Assembly (NCBI GenBank): GCA_964016885.1
Contig: OZ024742.1
Span: 93,744,001 to 93,808,000, forward strand
Source of the DNA: Eledone cirrhosa
Lineage: Eukaryota
Length of the DNA stretch: 64,000 nucleotides
Direction: 5' to 3'
Part shown: in pieces, positions 41,030-54,464 of the stretch
Numbering within the stretch: position 1 is the stretch's first letter
How the letters are laid out: every line of letters starts with the position of its first letter
Notes under the pieces: model-generated
Databases searched by the model: none
Told to the model about the DNA's origin: nothing
Seen by the model: only the letters and a program-made list of their open reading frames with translations
Made by a program: the position numbers and the translations under genes

Positions 41030-41325
41030 TTTAGAAACACACAGATAGATGCGGACACACACATATACATGAATGCATCCACACCCAACCGTGAGTTAAG
41101 GGTGCCAACCTCACCGATGTTGCTCAATGAATGACTGGGACAGACCAATCCGGTTGAACCATAATGTAATTTTAACTCTGATACTGGTTCAGTCTGGTTC
41201 AACCGGATTGGTCTGTCCCAGTCATTCATTGAGCAACATCGGTGAGGTTGGCACCCTTAACTCACGGTTGGGTGTGGATGCATTCATGTATATGTGTGTG
41301 TCCGCATCTATCTGTGTGTTTCTAA
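41030..41325. repeat. Near-perfect palindrome, arms about 130 bp, spacer about 35 bp, followed by (TA)n
   Basis: 41030-41161 is the reverse complement of 41195-41325. Confidence 0.95.
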
Positions 41326-41326
41326 G

Positions 41327-41357
<31 letters not shown>

Positions 41358-41417
41358 TTTGTAACTTGTACTCCTACTCCTGCGCTGTTGTTGTTTTTTA
41401 CTTTCCTATATATATAC

Positions 41418-41451
<34 letters not shown>

Positions 41452-41663
41452 TTGTCTAACGTACTTGTAGCATTTCTGCAAATGATTAATTGAATAATCT
41501 CATTTCTGTCGCAATGACTGAAGTAAGAAATTACATTGAAAACAACAAAACAAAGACAACAACCAACATAAGAAACATCAACAAATGCACCCCTACACAC
41601 ACAGACACACACGCACAAACACATACACACAGACACAGACACAGACGCACAGACACACACACT

Positions 41664-41711
<48 letters not shown>

Positions 41712-42230
41712 CATACATATATGTAAATGCATATATTTTTAATATATGTGCATGCCTATATAAATATGTATATGTATGTCATCATCATCAACATATCCAA
41801 TTTATGTGCGTTTTCCATGCTTGCACGGTTTGGACATATTACTATTATTATATATATATATGTATAAATTATATATTCCTGTGTTTGCATATATATATAT
41901 TTATATATATAATAGGAGCGTGTGTGTATGTGAATGTGTGTAGATATATCTGTGGAAACCTACATGTGCTTATGTTGTGTTATTACAGAAGGATCTATTG
42001 GGAATTTTCAGCAGGAATTCTTTTCAGGTTTCCAATTAATACGTCCAGAGGAAAAGTGGCAGAATTACCTGACAACTAACATTAAATTAAACGTACAGGA
42101 AATGAGAAATATTGGATTTTTCCCCTTATTTCTCAACTCTTCTTCTATCTCCCCTCTGAATTCTCATTATTTTTTCTCTTGCTTCTCTCTCTCACCCTTC
42201 TCTCTCTATCTATCTATCTGCCCCCCCCTC

Positions 42231-42261
<31 letters not shown>

Positions 42262-42485
42262 CTCTCTCCCTCTTGTATTGTCTGTATCTGTCTATGCTTT
42301 TCTGATATCACTCATTCTCTCCTCTCGATTAAGGTGTCGAGGGCCACACAAGTATGCAATTGGTGGTTGCTCATCTAGATGCATGAGTATGTAGCTTATA
42401 GTAAATTAGTATAGTTGATTTATTGTGTAGTTGAGCACCCCACCATTTGCACATATATATGTGTTTGTATACATATGTATGTATG

Positions 42486-42597
<112 letters not shown>

Positions 42598-43179
42598 CAT
42601 TACCATACATCCAGATGTGCTTGTACGTGTGTGCATGTAATATATATATGGAAATCATATACAATGTTTTGTAAACATACATTAGTATCGAGTGAGAACA
42701 GAAATCCTAAATGAATAGATTATATGATCTGCCTGGATATATCTTTTTTAAGGATCAACATTAATTGTTTACCTCAACTTCATCTCCCAGAGTTAAGTAA
42801 ACTTTATCTATTTATGGATAATGAAAACAAATTATTGCTACTGTAGAGCAATTTCCATAATGCTACAAGGTTAATGGCTTAGATTTAAGGCCAAAAATAT
42901 CATATATTACATTTAAGTTCGAAATTAAAGTATGACCCAAATTAAGAGGCTCGTGAGGCTGGAGCATATCCTATTTCCCTAGGTGTAAAACTGGTCTTCA
43001 TTTCTTTATAACTGAGCAATTGAAGCATCTTGCTCAAAGCCACAACGAACTGCCTGGCATAGAAATGAAACCTACAACGTCATTAGTGTAAGCCAAGTAC
43101 CTTCACATGTATTACATTAAATAAAACAATATGTTTATGAAACGTTTGTTTAATAAACATATATTGTTATTGAACTTAG

Positions 43180-45021
43180 GTACTTGAAAAGGGAAGCAAG
43201 TGATTCAATGGTGAAGTATAGAGCTACCACCCTGAAAGTAGACGAGTTAGAATGCTTAGTGCGATCAGAGGCTTATAATGCACTTAAAGATCATAAGGAT
43301 GATTTCACAAACAAACCAACTTGCAGACTCATAAACATTGCCAAACCTCAATTAAAACTTGTAAGGTCATACATAAAAACATCAATATAGTTATTAGACA
43401 ACGGTCCAGCCTTAATCTGTGGGATAATAGTTAAATAGTCATAGATAGGTTTAACGTCTTCAAACACTCTAAAAATGCTAAATTTACACAATGTGATACA
43501 GTTGAATATTACCCTTCCATATCCAGGGCCTTACTTGATAAAGCCTTAGATTTCGATAGCTATTTCACCAATATATACGAGTTGGACCAGTTAATAATAT
43601 CCCACTGTAGGAAACTCCTCCTCTTTAATAATGAGGACCCCTGGATAAAGAAATCAATTAACAATGACCTATTCGATGTGCTGATGGGACATTTGACAGT
43701 GCCGATATATGCGATTTGGTGGACCTTTTTATTTTAGACACACTACGTAAGACCTATATCGTGATGATGGTCTGGCATTCTCGATCCATAAAGAGGGCCA
43801 TGATCTCGACACTTAGAAAGAATCTGATTAATACATTCAACAACCTAGGACTAAAAATTACCATCCATACCAACCTCACTAGTGTTAACTTCCTAGATGT
43901 TAACTTAGACCTATGTACACGCACATACAGACTAACCAACAAACCCAGTGTATAGGTTATGTATATTCATAAAGACTTTAGTCACCCCTTATAGGTTTTA
44001 AACATCTCAATAATATCAACAAGAGGGTATCCTACCTCGCTTCTCGCAAAGCCACCTTTGAATGGGCATCACCCTACTACAACTCAGCCCTAAACAACAA
44101 CGGCTTCTTCGAGAGAAGCTCTTACTCTTCAGATCACCGCCCTATAGAAAAAATATAGACATAAACCCATCGGGTGGTTCGTGCCACCATTCGCGCTCAA
44201 CGTAATGGCTAATATAGGTAGAACATTCCTAGCCCTCTTAGATTTTCACTTCACAGTGAAAATAGGCTATTATTGTATCAAAAACATGAAATTCCACATC
44301 ACCAACAAAGTAAAAAGCCTTCCAGGTTACGGATGCTCATGTAGAAGGCCAGAGGCACCCGCTCGTTTCAACAATGCGACACTCCAACGGTGATATGTGA
44401 AGCAGGAATGGCCTCCACCAACCAGATCCAACAAACTGAAGCCTGGACTTATGTAGGAATGTCTGAGAGCCGGTTCAAAAGCCGTTTCCTGAACCACGAA
44501 ACAATCTACAAATATCCTGACAAAAAGAAAACCAAAGAGCTCACGAACCAAGGGTGGAACCTCAAAAATGGAGGATATTGGACAGATCCACCCCCTACGT
44601 CAATGGGACGGAATTCTGTCCGCTGTGTAACTCGGAGAAGTGGAATATACTCTCACAATTGGCTTCAGAGAAATGCTGCTTAATTACTCACATCAACTGC
44701 TTCGATCGCTGTACTCATGAAACAAAATGGTCTAGACAAGATTAATTGAATTTAATTTCTTCAACTTTTCAATTTAATTCCGGGGCTCCCTGTGAAACAC
44801 AAGTTGCCTACCTTGGGTTTTTTATAGTCACCTCCCTTTTCACTTACATTATTTAAGGCACTTATCTATTTATAGATAGTTTTGGGATTACCTACCCTTA
44901 GATCTCTCCTATACTTTCTAAAATCTCCACTGTGGGAAGGCATTTTTCTTTTTATGACAGGCTGAATGAGTTAGGATAAACAACCCAACGAAACTTAAAT
45001 ATCTGTCTATGTCACTGTTGT

Positions 45022-45040
<19 letters not shown>
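43180..45040 (+). mobile_element. Penelope-like element (Naiad-type), 5'-truncated and degenerate: RT, GIY-YIG and a 3' UTR with HHR, ending at (TA)n
   Basis: LKDHKDDFTNKPTCRLIN; YYPSIS; YRDDGL; GLKITIHTNLTSVNFLDVNLDL; WFVPPFALNVMANIGRTFL; CSCR; YVGMSESRFKSRFLNH; CPLC. Confidence 0.9.
44954..45014 (+). ncRNA. Hammerhead-like motif in the PLE 3' UTR (core with a 1-nt insertion)
   Basis: tgacagg CTGAATGA gtt(a)gg...ccaac GAAA c...g TC tatgtca. Confidence 0.65.
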
Positions 45041-45065
<25 letters not shown>

Positions 45066-45071
<6 letters not shown>

Positions 45072-45626
45072 TTAGTTAAGCAAAACAAGTCCACAAATTT
45101 CACAAGGAAGACATTATTAAAAGATTGTCAACATAGTTTTAGTTTAATGTAAGGAATGTAAGTAATAATAATAATAATACTAATAATGTCCGTTTACAAT
45201 TGTTTCGCTACTCCATATAATGCTTCTGGATCAAATGATTATAGATCATTATTGATCTGGTTCAGTTGAAGATAATTAACTTAGGTAAAATTGGAGCAGT
45301 TCATCGGAACTTCAAAAGGAATATAAATTAAGGTAAAAAAAGATGGTTACATGAATGTAATGTTCCATATATTGGTATTTCACTATGGTATCCTGGGTCT
45401 ATCTATTGTCTGCCATAGGCGAGCAATATTCTTCTGTCGAGGCTGCATTATGTGAAATCTGCCTATGGGTAACAAGATGGCCGCCAAAGGACATATTTAT
45501 CTTACTAATTAGAGGGTGCTCCAATTTTACCTAAGTTAATTATCTTCAACTCAACCAGATCAATAATGATCTATAATCATTTGATCCAGAAGGATTATAT
45601 GGAGTAGCGAAACAATTGTAAACGGA

Positions 45627-45696
<70 letters not shown>

Positions 45697-45793
45697 TACA
45701 TTCCTTACATTAAACTAAAACTATGTTGACAATCTTTTAATAATGTCTTCCTTGTGAAATTTGTGGTCTTGTTTTGCTTAACTAATGAATATT
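45066..45793. repeat. Fold-back unit, arms about 45066-45299 and 45517-45793, with (TAA)n/(TTA)n of different length in the two arms
   Basis: Arms are reverse complementary; adjacent to (TA)n. Confidence 0.93.
45187..45310 (-). ncRNA. Hammerhead-like motif, CCGATGA core, long stem-II insertion
   Basis: Minus strand: gtt CCGATGA a ctgctcca...tggagtag c GAAA caattg TA aac. Confidence 0.6.
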
Positions 45794-45987
45794 TCCAGCG
45801 CTGTGCACCTAACCTCTGCATGAACCCATCCACCTAGCTGCCTTCCACTGCATATTGCACATTGAGCACATGTCTTTACGCTTTGGCTTCTAACTAATTC
45901 ACCAATCTCTCTTTTCCTCTCCTATCTCCATCTCTCTCTTTAAGATTGGTTACTCTTGAACTGTGTGTGTATATATATATATATATA

Positions 45988-46139
45988 ACAAAGGAAGTGT
46001 GGTAAGGAACCAGGTAGACCAAAACGCACCAGAGTACTCAATACTTAGGGTAGTAGAGTGGATAATAGGAAAATGTTCAAGACCCCGACGACAGAGCTCA
46101 CGGTGAGCTCTGCTGTCGGGGTCTTGAACATTTTCCTAT
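45988..46139. mobile_element. Short (TA)n insert with terminal snap-back hairpin (46065-46139)
   Basis: ataggaaaatgttcaagaccccgac...gtcggggtcttgaacattttcctat; same family as 50061-50248. Confidence 0.85.
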
Positions 46140-47604
46140 ATATATATAGAGAGAGAGAGAGCAGACCTTCTAACCTCTAAATAACGAACGGGGAATACCA
46201 TGAAAAAGCGTGGCCCAAAACGGGGGGAAATGAGGCAAAATGAGGGGATTTTACATAATGAAAGCTATACCCATTTTCACAAGAGAAGACATCTCTCACC
46301 CACAACAAAGTGGGTTGGAGAACTCCCCGTCCAACAGGGAGAGTTGATAGGTCTGATATATATACATATATATGTTGATGCATATGTGTGTGTTTATGTG
46401 TGTATAGTGTGTGTTTAAGGTAAGCACATTTAGGTTTATTAATAGGTGAAAAAGAGTATCCAATACATTGCATAAAAAAGTTGTCAAAGCGATAAATGCA
46501 AAATATATTTCTGTATATGTACTACAATCTTACCTGACAAATGAGCTAAAGGATTGTTTCTCATGGACTACTTTGATAAAGAATAACAGTGACGTCATTA
46601 TCACGACAGGGGAGATATTTTATTGGACAATGGTGGGTGTGATTGATTTGTAAATATATATGTAAGCAGATGTACAGACTATTTTTCCCTTTTTATATTT
46701 TTTTTGTGTTATTTTCCTATAAAATCCTAATCAACATTTAACAAGGATATTGTATATCTTTTGGTGAGGTTCTGTTATGTGTTCGAATATTATATGTATA
46801 TGCTGAATCTTATTAGAGTATGCTAAATTGTTAATGGAAAACTCCACTAACACTGGTTCCATCAGAAGAATATAAATATTAACTTGAAAATTAGGTAGAG
46901 TTAAATATATATTTATATATATTTTCATTTGTGTCTTGGTTGGTGTTTTATTTTGTAATATTAACATCAGCATTAAACAGAATTCTACAGATGATTTAGA
47001 GGAAGTAATAAAAACTAAAGAAATTTACTATTTGAAAATATAAAGGTTTAATAAAATGCCTAGTGGAAAGGAGAGATTCCACTAAGTTTACAAAACGAAA
47101 ATTAAATTCATACAAAGTTTATTATATAAAACGAAGTTTCAAATAGTTATGTGTATACATAAAGTTTGTTATAATATAAATATTCATACTGTTAGTCCTG
47201 AGAATAAATAATTGTGTTTTTTATGTTCAGCATACATGCAATAATAATGAGAGAACTGACGATAACTAATCAGGAAAACATTTGTCTGTTTACATTTCAG
47301 TGAATAAAAACAGACAATAATATTATCTGTATATGGCAAATAGGAGAAATTCGAAATTCTAATGAATATGTGAGTATGTAAAATAAAATGAAAACATATG
47401 TTCATATGTGAGATTTGCAACATTAAAAATAAGGAAGTTATTTTTCTGTTACCTAAAAAAAAAATAGTTATTTTTAGCACATTGAGAAAACTGGACATGA
47501 GAAAAATAATGTAAACATTGCGAAGAATGCATACAGAAATTGCACAAATAATGAAAGACAATTGGTCACCTTAAAAACAATATATATATATTGTTATATA
47601 TATG

Positions 47605-47654
<50 letters not shown>

Positions 47655-47659
<5 letters not shown>

Positions 47660-48357
47660 GAGAGGAAATGGTGTATATATATTATCAAATGATTCTATGG
47701 ACATACATATTGCTCTGATTATTTAATTTATTAATTTTTCATTGAGCCACATCGTGAATGGTTGCCAAAACACATATATATCTGTGACTTTGTTTAGTTT
47801 GTATATGTAAATCTTTATATTTAATAATCTCCCATAAGGTTGAGATGCAATTTGGGCAATATTGGGCTGCGCTTTCTAGCAACCAACCCACTCGCCATAA
47901 GCAACCAATCACATTCTTTCTGACTTGACCACTCCCACGTCACGATTCTTAGCCATTTTGAATTTGTGTTTGGCGGGGACCCCTTTAGAAAATAATCTGT
48001 CCTAACGAGTTCGAAGCTCAAGATTTTATCCTTAATAGGATATATCAAAATGCGAATGAACCCAAGGTTAGGGACGTAATCCTGGTATGTATATAAGCAT
48101 TTCTAACTTTAATTTTATACCTAATTGTGTATGGTTGACCGTATATTTAATCAATTTCCACGTGCTGTTGAAATGTTGGGTAAATACTCTATCGCGGTTG
48201 GCCGCGAAGAGATTGCTGTCGTTTATTTATTTACTATTTCTTCATAGGTGCCTTTTAATCTTATAGCCTGGTCTAATTGATTTTTTGTGTGGTTAATTAT
48301 GCTAATTGGGAGAGGAAATGGTGTATATATATTATCAAATGATTCTATGGACATACT
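47655..48357. mobile_element. Terminally redundant non-coding insert in (TA)n (period 650 bp)
   Basis: attgggagaggaaatggtgtatatatattatcaaatgattctatggacatac at both ends; diverged inverted homolog at about 51005-51275. Confidence 0.8.
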
Positions 48358-48744
48358 TTATAGTATATATATATATGATTTACTAATTCTCAGAAAATAT
48401 GATTTTCAAGAGCCAGGGTCCTTAAGTTGTCTTGGTAATCGTAACCATTATCACCACCTCCATCACTCTCTACTACCACAATCATCATCATCGTCACAAT
48501 TAACGACACCAACACCACCAGCCTTCTTTTTTTAACTTGGCTAGTTTATGACCGTTTATGGTTTGGAGAATAGCCAAAACATTGCCCCTGCACAGTCAGT
48601 AATTGATTAATTGAATACTATGTTTATTTTGTAATATGTATCACCCTGCGAGTTCACATGTTTCAGGTCTATCTTGGTATCCAATGCTCATGTTTAAGTG
48701 GTTGTCATTTTTATATATTTCTGTGCATTATTATATATTTATGT

Positions 48745-48930
48745 GGATTGGCAGTATCGGTAGAGGTTCGGACGCCATACTTTGACGCATAGAGTTACGG
48801 CCCTTGCCATTCTGAGTTCAAATCCCGCCGAGGTTAACTTTGCCTTTCATCCTTAGGAGGTCGATAAAATAAAGTACCAGTAATGCACTGGGTAATTGCT
48901 GGCCTTGTGCCAAACGTAGAAACAATTATC
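48745..48930 (+). mobile_element. tRNA-derived SINE (same family as 39951-40150)
   Basis: Near-identical reverse complement of 39951-40135. Confidence 0.9.
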
Positions 48931-49059
48931 ATCATTACTATTTTGGTATTTGTTTACATTAGAAACAATTATTATATATTTCTGTTATTCACTGATTGTC
49001 GTTTAATTCCTATAAAACATTGCTGAGCTCACTGCACGACTAATTTTGGTAAGTTCCAA

Positions 49060-49399
49060 TACTTAGAATGTTTTTTGTTTTTTTGCCTGAAAAGATCTCC
49101 AATGAAGAATTGTTGGGTAGATGCCAACAAGAGAATATGTCAACAATCCTTCTCAAAAGAAGATAGAAGTGCATAAGACATGTTCTCAGAATAGAACAAG
49201 ATAACAGCCCTTCATTAGACACCTGAAGGCAAGCAAAAACAAGGTAGGCCAAAGAACACCTGACACAGAATAGTTGAGGGAGAGATGAAGACTTGGCAAC
49301 ACACATGGGGTACTATCCAGAAGCTGGCTCAGGCAAGTCAGGAGTGGAAGACCTTCATTGCTACCCTATATACCAGTGACCATAAGGAGCAGCAGCAGC

Positions 49400-49467
<68 letters not shown>

Positions 49468-49475
49468 CAGCAGCA
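49060..49475 (+). mobile_element. Decayed RTE 3' fragment of another family with an (AGT)n tail
   Basis: HVLRIEQD...PEGK.KQGRPKNT...TWGTIQKLAQARQEWKTFIATLY followed by (tag)n. Confidence 0.75.
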
Positions 49476-49731
49476 AATATGTCAACAACTAGAATTTATA
49501 TTTTCAAAAAGACTCTATGGAATTCGCAGTGGGACTGTATTAGTCAATAGATCACACACAGCACGATAAAAAGTTTGACATCAATAAATGAATTGTAAAT
49601 ACAAAATGAAGATTTTGTGTTTCTGAATGGCTAAAATGACTCTTTCATGATGTAATTGCCATTCTATAAAATTCCGTTATCAATAAGTCTATCCAAATTT
49701 CAGCAATCTACTTGAACATAAACCTCCTCGT

Positions 49732-49859
49732 CCTTCTTCTTCTTCTTCTTCTTCTTCTTCTTCTTCTTCTTCTTCTTCTTCTTCTTCTTCTTCTTCTTCT
49801 TCTTCTTCTTCTTCTTCTTCTTCTTCTTCTTCTTCTTCTTCTTCTTCTTCTTCTTCTTC
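49732..49859. repeat. (TTC)n microsatellite
   Basis: Direct inspection. Confidence 0.98.
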
Positions 49860-50026
49860 ATTTAGCGTGGTGTCCTTGAAATATGTATAATAAAATAAAT
49901 ATGGTTTTATAAATATAGGTTTCCATTTGTTAATATCGTATATTTACTCCAAATACTTGTTGAGTGCTTTATATCAGTTATAAAAATATTTGCTTGTTGT
50001 ATCCCAACAATTTAAATAGAACTTTA

Positions 50027-50060
<34 letters not shown>

Positions 50061-50063
<3 letters not shown>

Positions 50064-50243
50064 GAAGGAAATGTGGTAAGGAACCAGATGGACCATAACG
50101 CACCAAAGTACTTAGGGTAGTAGAGTGGGTAATAGGAACAAGTATGACCCCGACGGGAGAGCTCAAGCCGTTTCGACGGCTAATTCTGGACTAGAATTAG
50201 CCGTCGAAACGGCTTGAGCACTGCCGTCGGGGTCATACTTGTT

Positions 50244-50248
<5 letters not shown>
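50061..50248. mobile_element. Short (TA)n insert with terminal snap-back hairpin (50132-50248)
   Basis: ataggaacaagtatgaccccgacgg...ccgtcggggtcatacttgttcctat; (TA)n on both sides. Confidence 0.85.
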
Positions 50249-50290
<42 letters not shown>

Positions 50291-50951
50291 GCTGAAGGTG
50301 GAATACTTACGTAGATTAGAGAGAAACGAAGCCTGCATGCTCCGATGGATGTGTAACAGTAATATACGTGAACGACAAAGCATAAATGAATTGAGAGAGA
50401 GACTGAGCATAAGAGGAATCAAATGTTGTGTGCAGGAGAGGCGGTTGCGCTGGTATGGACATGTGATGCGTATGAAGGATGACAGCTGCATAAAAAGGTG
50501 CAGAGCATTAGAAGTTGATGGAAACCGTGGAGTGGGGAGACCCAAGATGACCTGGGATGAGGTGATAAAAGCCGACCTTACCCAATTACACCTCTCAAAG
50601 GCGATGACACACGACCGTGACCTCTGGCATCACGCAGTAATACAGAGTACCCGACCTCCCATGGCTACAAGCTGAAGCATATAGACAATATGCCTCCCCC
50701 CCTCCTCCCACCGCAAGGTGGTCGTGGAAGTGCGACGGCAAAAAAGCACTCAGCCCACACTGTAAAGTGGACGTGTAGGCGCCACGAAAAAGCACCCAGC
50801 ACTCACTGTAAATGAGGTTGGTGTTAGGAAGGGCATCCAGCTGTATAAATCAGTTTCTGTATGAGCAAGGCATGGTCAGCCGACCAGACACTGCCCACAA
50901 CAGGACAACCCGTCTAACCCATGCTAGCGTGGAAGAACGGACGTAAAACGG

Positions 50952-50985
<34 letters not shown>
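50291..50985 (+). mobile_element. RTE LINE 3' fragment with 3' UTR and (GAT)n tail
   Basis: RRLERNEACMLRWMC...RRLRWYGHVMRM...GRPKMTWDEVIKADL. Confidence 0.92.
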
Positions 50986-51611
50986 ATATATATACATATA
51001 TAGAAAGTAAGTCCATAGAATTATTAGATAAAATATATACAGTATTTCCTCTCCCAATCAGCATAATCAACCATACAAAAAATTATTTAAACGATGCTAT
51101 AAGTTTAAAATATACCTAAGAAGAAATAATAGATAAATAAATGATAGCTTTTTATCCGCAATTCACAGCCACAGAAAATTTACCTAGTATTTCTGATAGC
51201 CTGTAGAAATTGACTAGACATACAGTTAACCTTAACCATACATAATTAGGTTATGTGTATGTAAACTTCTAAATTGTATATATATATATATATATATATA
51301 AATTACACAATAATCTGAGCTATGTTCAAATCATTTTATTGCTGCCAAACTATCATTTGGAATCATCGGAGCAGTAGCAATGTTTGTACATATAATTAAC
51401 CCCCTATTCAACTGAACAATCATATAGATACATGGATATTAATGTTGTCAACAACAGTTTCGTATTTACAGAGTGGAATGGATGCGACATGAGGTATTTT
51501 TCTTACTGGTAATAAGGTAGTAATAAATTACTAAACGTTCCTATTTATAGTTGTATATAGTGTATACATAACTAGAAATAATATTATTATAAATATGTAT
51601 ATATATGTATG

Positions 51612-51684
<73 letters not shown>

Positions 51685-52151
51685 AAAGACTGATAATTTT
51701 CAAAAGGCCTGTAAAATGCGGTAGAAATATATTTGCCCTTTCAATTTTTCAACTATGTTGTACTGGCTTTTTAAAAACTATCACCCTTTTAATACACATC
51801 TCACAAAGCTTCATTTCAACTGCACAACTTTATGTATATATAGCTTAACTTCTCCTCTTCGTCACCCCATCTGAACTCTTGACCAGTCCTTTAACACTAT
51901 TGAGATACACACACATATATATATACAGTAAAATTTCCTCTCCCTAAAAATAATTTTGTTCAGTGAAACGACACAACTACCACCACTACCACTACTACCA
52001 CTACCACTACTAGTACTACTACTACTAATACCTCTCTCTATATATATAGATATAAGGTTCCATTTAGACACAGTCTTCTTAGTTAGAAAGATGAACAGAC
52101 CTTCTTCAACATTATAATTTCAAATTTTAATTCTTTTTAATTGTTATATTC

Positions 52152-52199
52152 AATATTTGATAAGATGGATTACACTGAATCATCGAAACTGGTTATATT
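52152..52199 (+). ncRNA. Hammerhead motif, U3-A8 core variant
   Basis: aatat TTGATAA gatg...catc GAAA ctgg TT atatt. Confidence 0.7.
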
Positions 52200-52350
52200 T
52201 TATATATCTGATATACATCATAAAACTCCTTCTTTTTAAAAATAAATTGTTTTTCTCATTTTTTCAATAATGTCACTTTGACGGATCAACGAAGAAAAAA
52301 AAGAAAAGCAGATCCTTTGAATATATTTTCTGTGCTATTTCCAATCCCAT

Positions 52351-53306
52351 TTTTTCTCTATAATCTGATTTGTATAGAACCTTACGGCATACGTGAAGAC
52401 GGGCGGTCTCAAAAGTGAAACTAATTTTTGACAGTTACGAATGTGAATTTGTTTGTTTTTTTACAACAGGTCTCAATTGTGAAAAGTATAATGCAGACAC
52501 ACGCAATTGTATGAATTTCTTAATATATATATATGTGTGGGTGTGTATATGTGTGTATATATATGTGTGTATGTATATATATATATATGTGTGTTTGTAT
52601 ATATATATGTGTTTGTGTCATCATCATCGTTTAACGTCTATCTTCCACGCAAGCATGGGTTTAGACGTATATATATGTTTGTGTGTATATATATTGTTTC
52701 TTTGGGGACAGAGAGTTGGTGCCAACAAGTTTGGCGAGATGATAAACTGTATTTCAGCTGTTTATAGGGTGTAATAAGGATTTTCAATATTTATTTATTT
52801 CAACACAATGTCATTATTTAAAAAAAAACCCATACAATTGTGTACATGCATATATATATACATCTACAAATTCATACAAATGTGTATGTGTGCATAAATA
52901 TATATATACATACACATATATATATATATATACAGACACATATATATACACACAAACACACATATATACACACACAAACACATATATACACACAAACATA
53001 TATATACGTCTAAACCCATGCTTGCGTGGAAGATAGACGTTAAACGATGATGATGATACAAACACATATATATATACAAACACACATATATATATATACA
53101 TACACACACACACATATATATACAAACATATACACACCCACACATTTATATATATATTAAGAAATCCATACAATTGCGTATGTCTGCATTATACTTTCAC
53201 TATTGAGACCTGTTGTAAAAAAACAAACAAATTCTATTCGTAACTGTCAAAAATTAGTTTCACTTTTGAGACCGCCCGTCTTGACGTATGCCGAACCTTA
53301 CTCCCT

Positions 53307-53357
<51 letters not shown>

Positions 53358-53399
53358 AAAAGGGAGTAAGGTTCTATACAAAACAGATTATAGAGAAAA
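52351..53399. repeat. Large diverged inverted duplication (about 52351-52690 and 52984-53399) with a small IR around (TA)n at 53294-53375
   Basis: ggcatacgt...tctcaaaagtgaaactaatttttgacagttacgaat and the SINE tail catcgtttaacgtctatcttccacgcaagcatggg appear in both orientations. Confidence 0.88.
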
Positions 53400-53502
53400 G
53401 TGTGTGTGTGTGTGTGTAAATGTCTTAATGCACATAAACATGGTCTATATAGACTCGTCCAACACTTGCTAGCAAGGAAAGTGGATGTTATATCGACAAC
53501 AA

Positions 53503-53565
<63 letters not shown>

Positions 53566-53606
53566 CGAAACATAAGTCAATTGCATGAACTCATAATCCT
53601 TTATTT

Positions 53607-53662
53607 ACTGCTATATATATTTCGATGATAGCCATTGAATGGCTATGACCTCATCAGGCAGT
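53607..53662 (-). ncRNA. Minimal type I hammerhead ribozyme
   Basis: Minus strand: actgc CTGATGA ggtc atagcca ttcaa tggctat catc GAAA tatata TA gcagt. Confidence 0.9.
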
Positions 53663-54429
53663 TAGTCAGTTCTTAGATATGCCAGCTCTATGTTTATAGT
53701 GTTGATGGTATCAGAGCCTTGGGACATATGAGCTGGGTTAGGAATAAATTAATGTTGTCACCAGGAATAGTCTTGATTCTCATTAGTCAGTTTGTAGATG
53801 GTAGTAGGGTTGGTATTTGACCTGTATATATGCTTGTATTAGTTTCAATATTGGACTGCCATACAGTGGTACTAAATATGAAACCACGTGCTTGCAAATC
53901 AAATTTCTTAACCACACAACCATGCTTGTGTATACATATATATTTATATGTTCTTAGAATGCGTCATAGGAAGATGAAATAAATACAGAATATAATATAA
54001 TATACAGATAATTTTTTTATGAAATTAGAGAAAGCAAATAACAATACAAATAATTTAATTAACACTTTTTCTCTCATGCATAATGATGATGATGATGATG
54101 ATGATGGTGGTGGTAATGATGGGGTGGTAGTGGTAGTGGTGATGATGGTGATGGTGGTTGTGATTTTGATAATGATGCTGTTGATGTTATTGTTGTTGTT
54201 GGTAGTATTGGTAGTGTTGGTGGTGGTAGTGAGGATGTTGTTGAAAATTGTGTTAGTCATGATGATGATGCTATCTAATGTAATGATGATGTTTATGCTG
54301 TATATAATGAGGCAAACATTTTCTTGTGACTAGGCATCATGCCATCTTTTGGAAAAGAAACAGGGAATGTTAGTCTGATTGGCAACATGTGTGATTACCA
54401 GAAGGCACTGATAATAATAATAATAAAAA

Positions 54430-54464
<35 letters not shown>

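Noticed and set aside
44750-44990. SECIS element in the Naiad 3' UTR
   Set aside because: ATGA and AAA are present but I could not build the required helix; the region fits the HHR fold better
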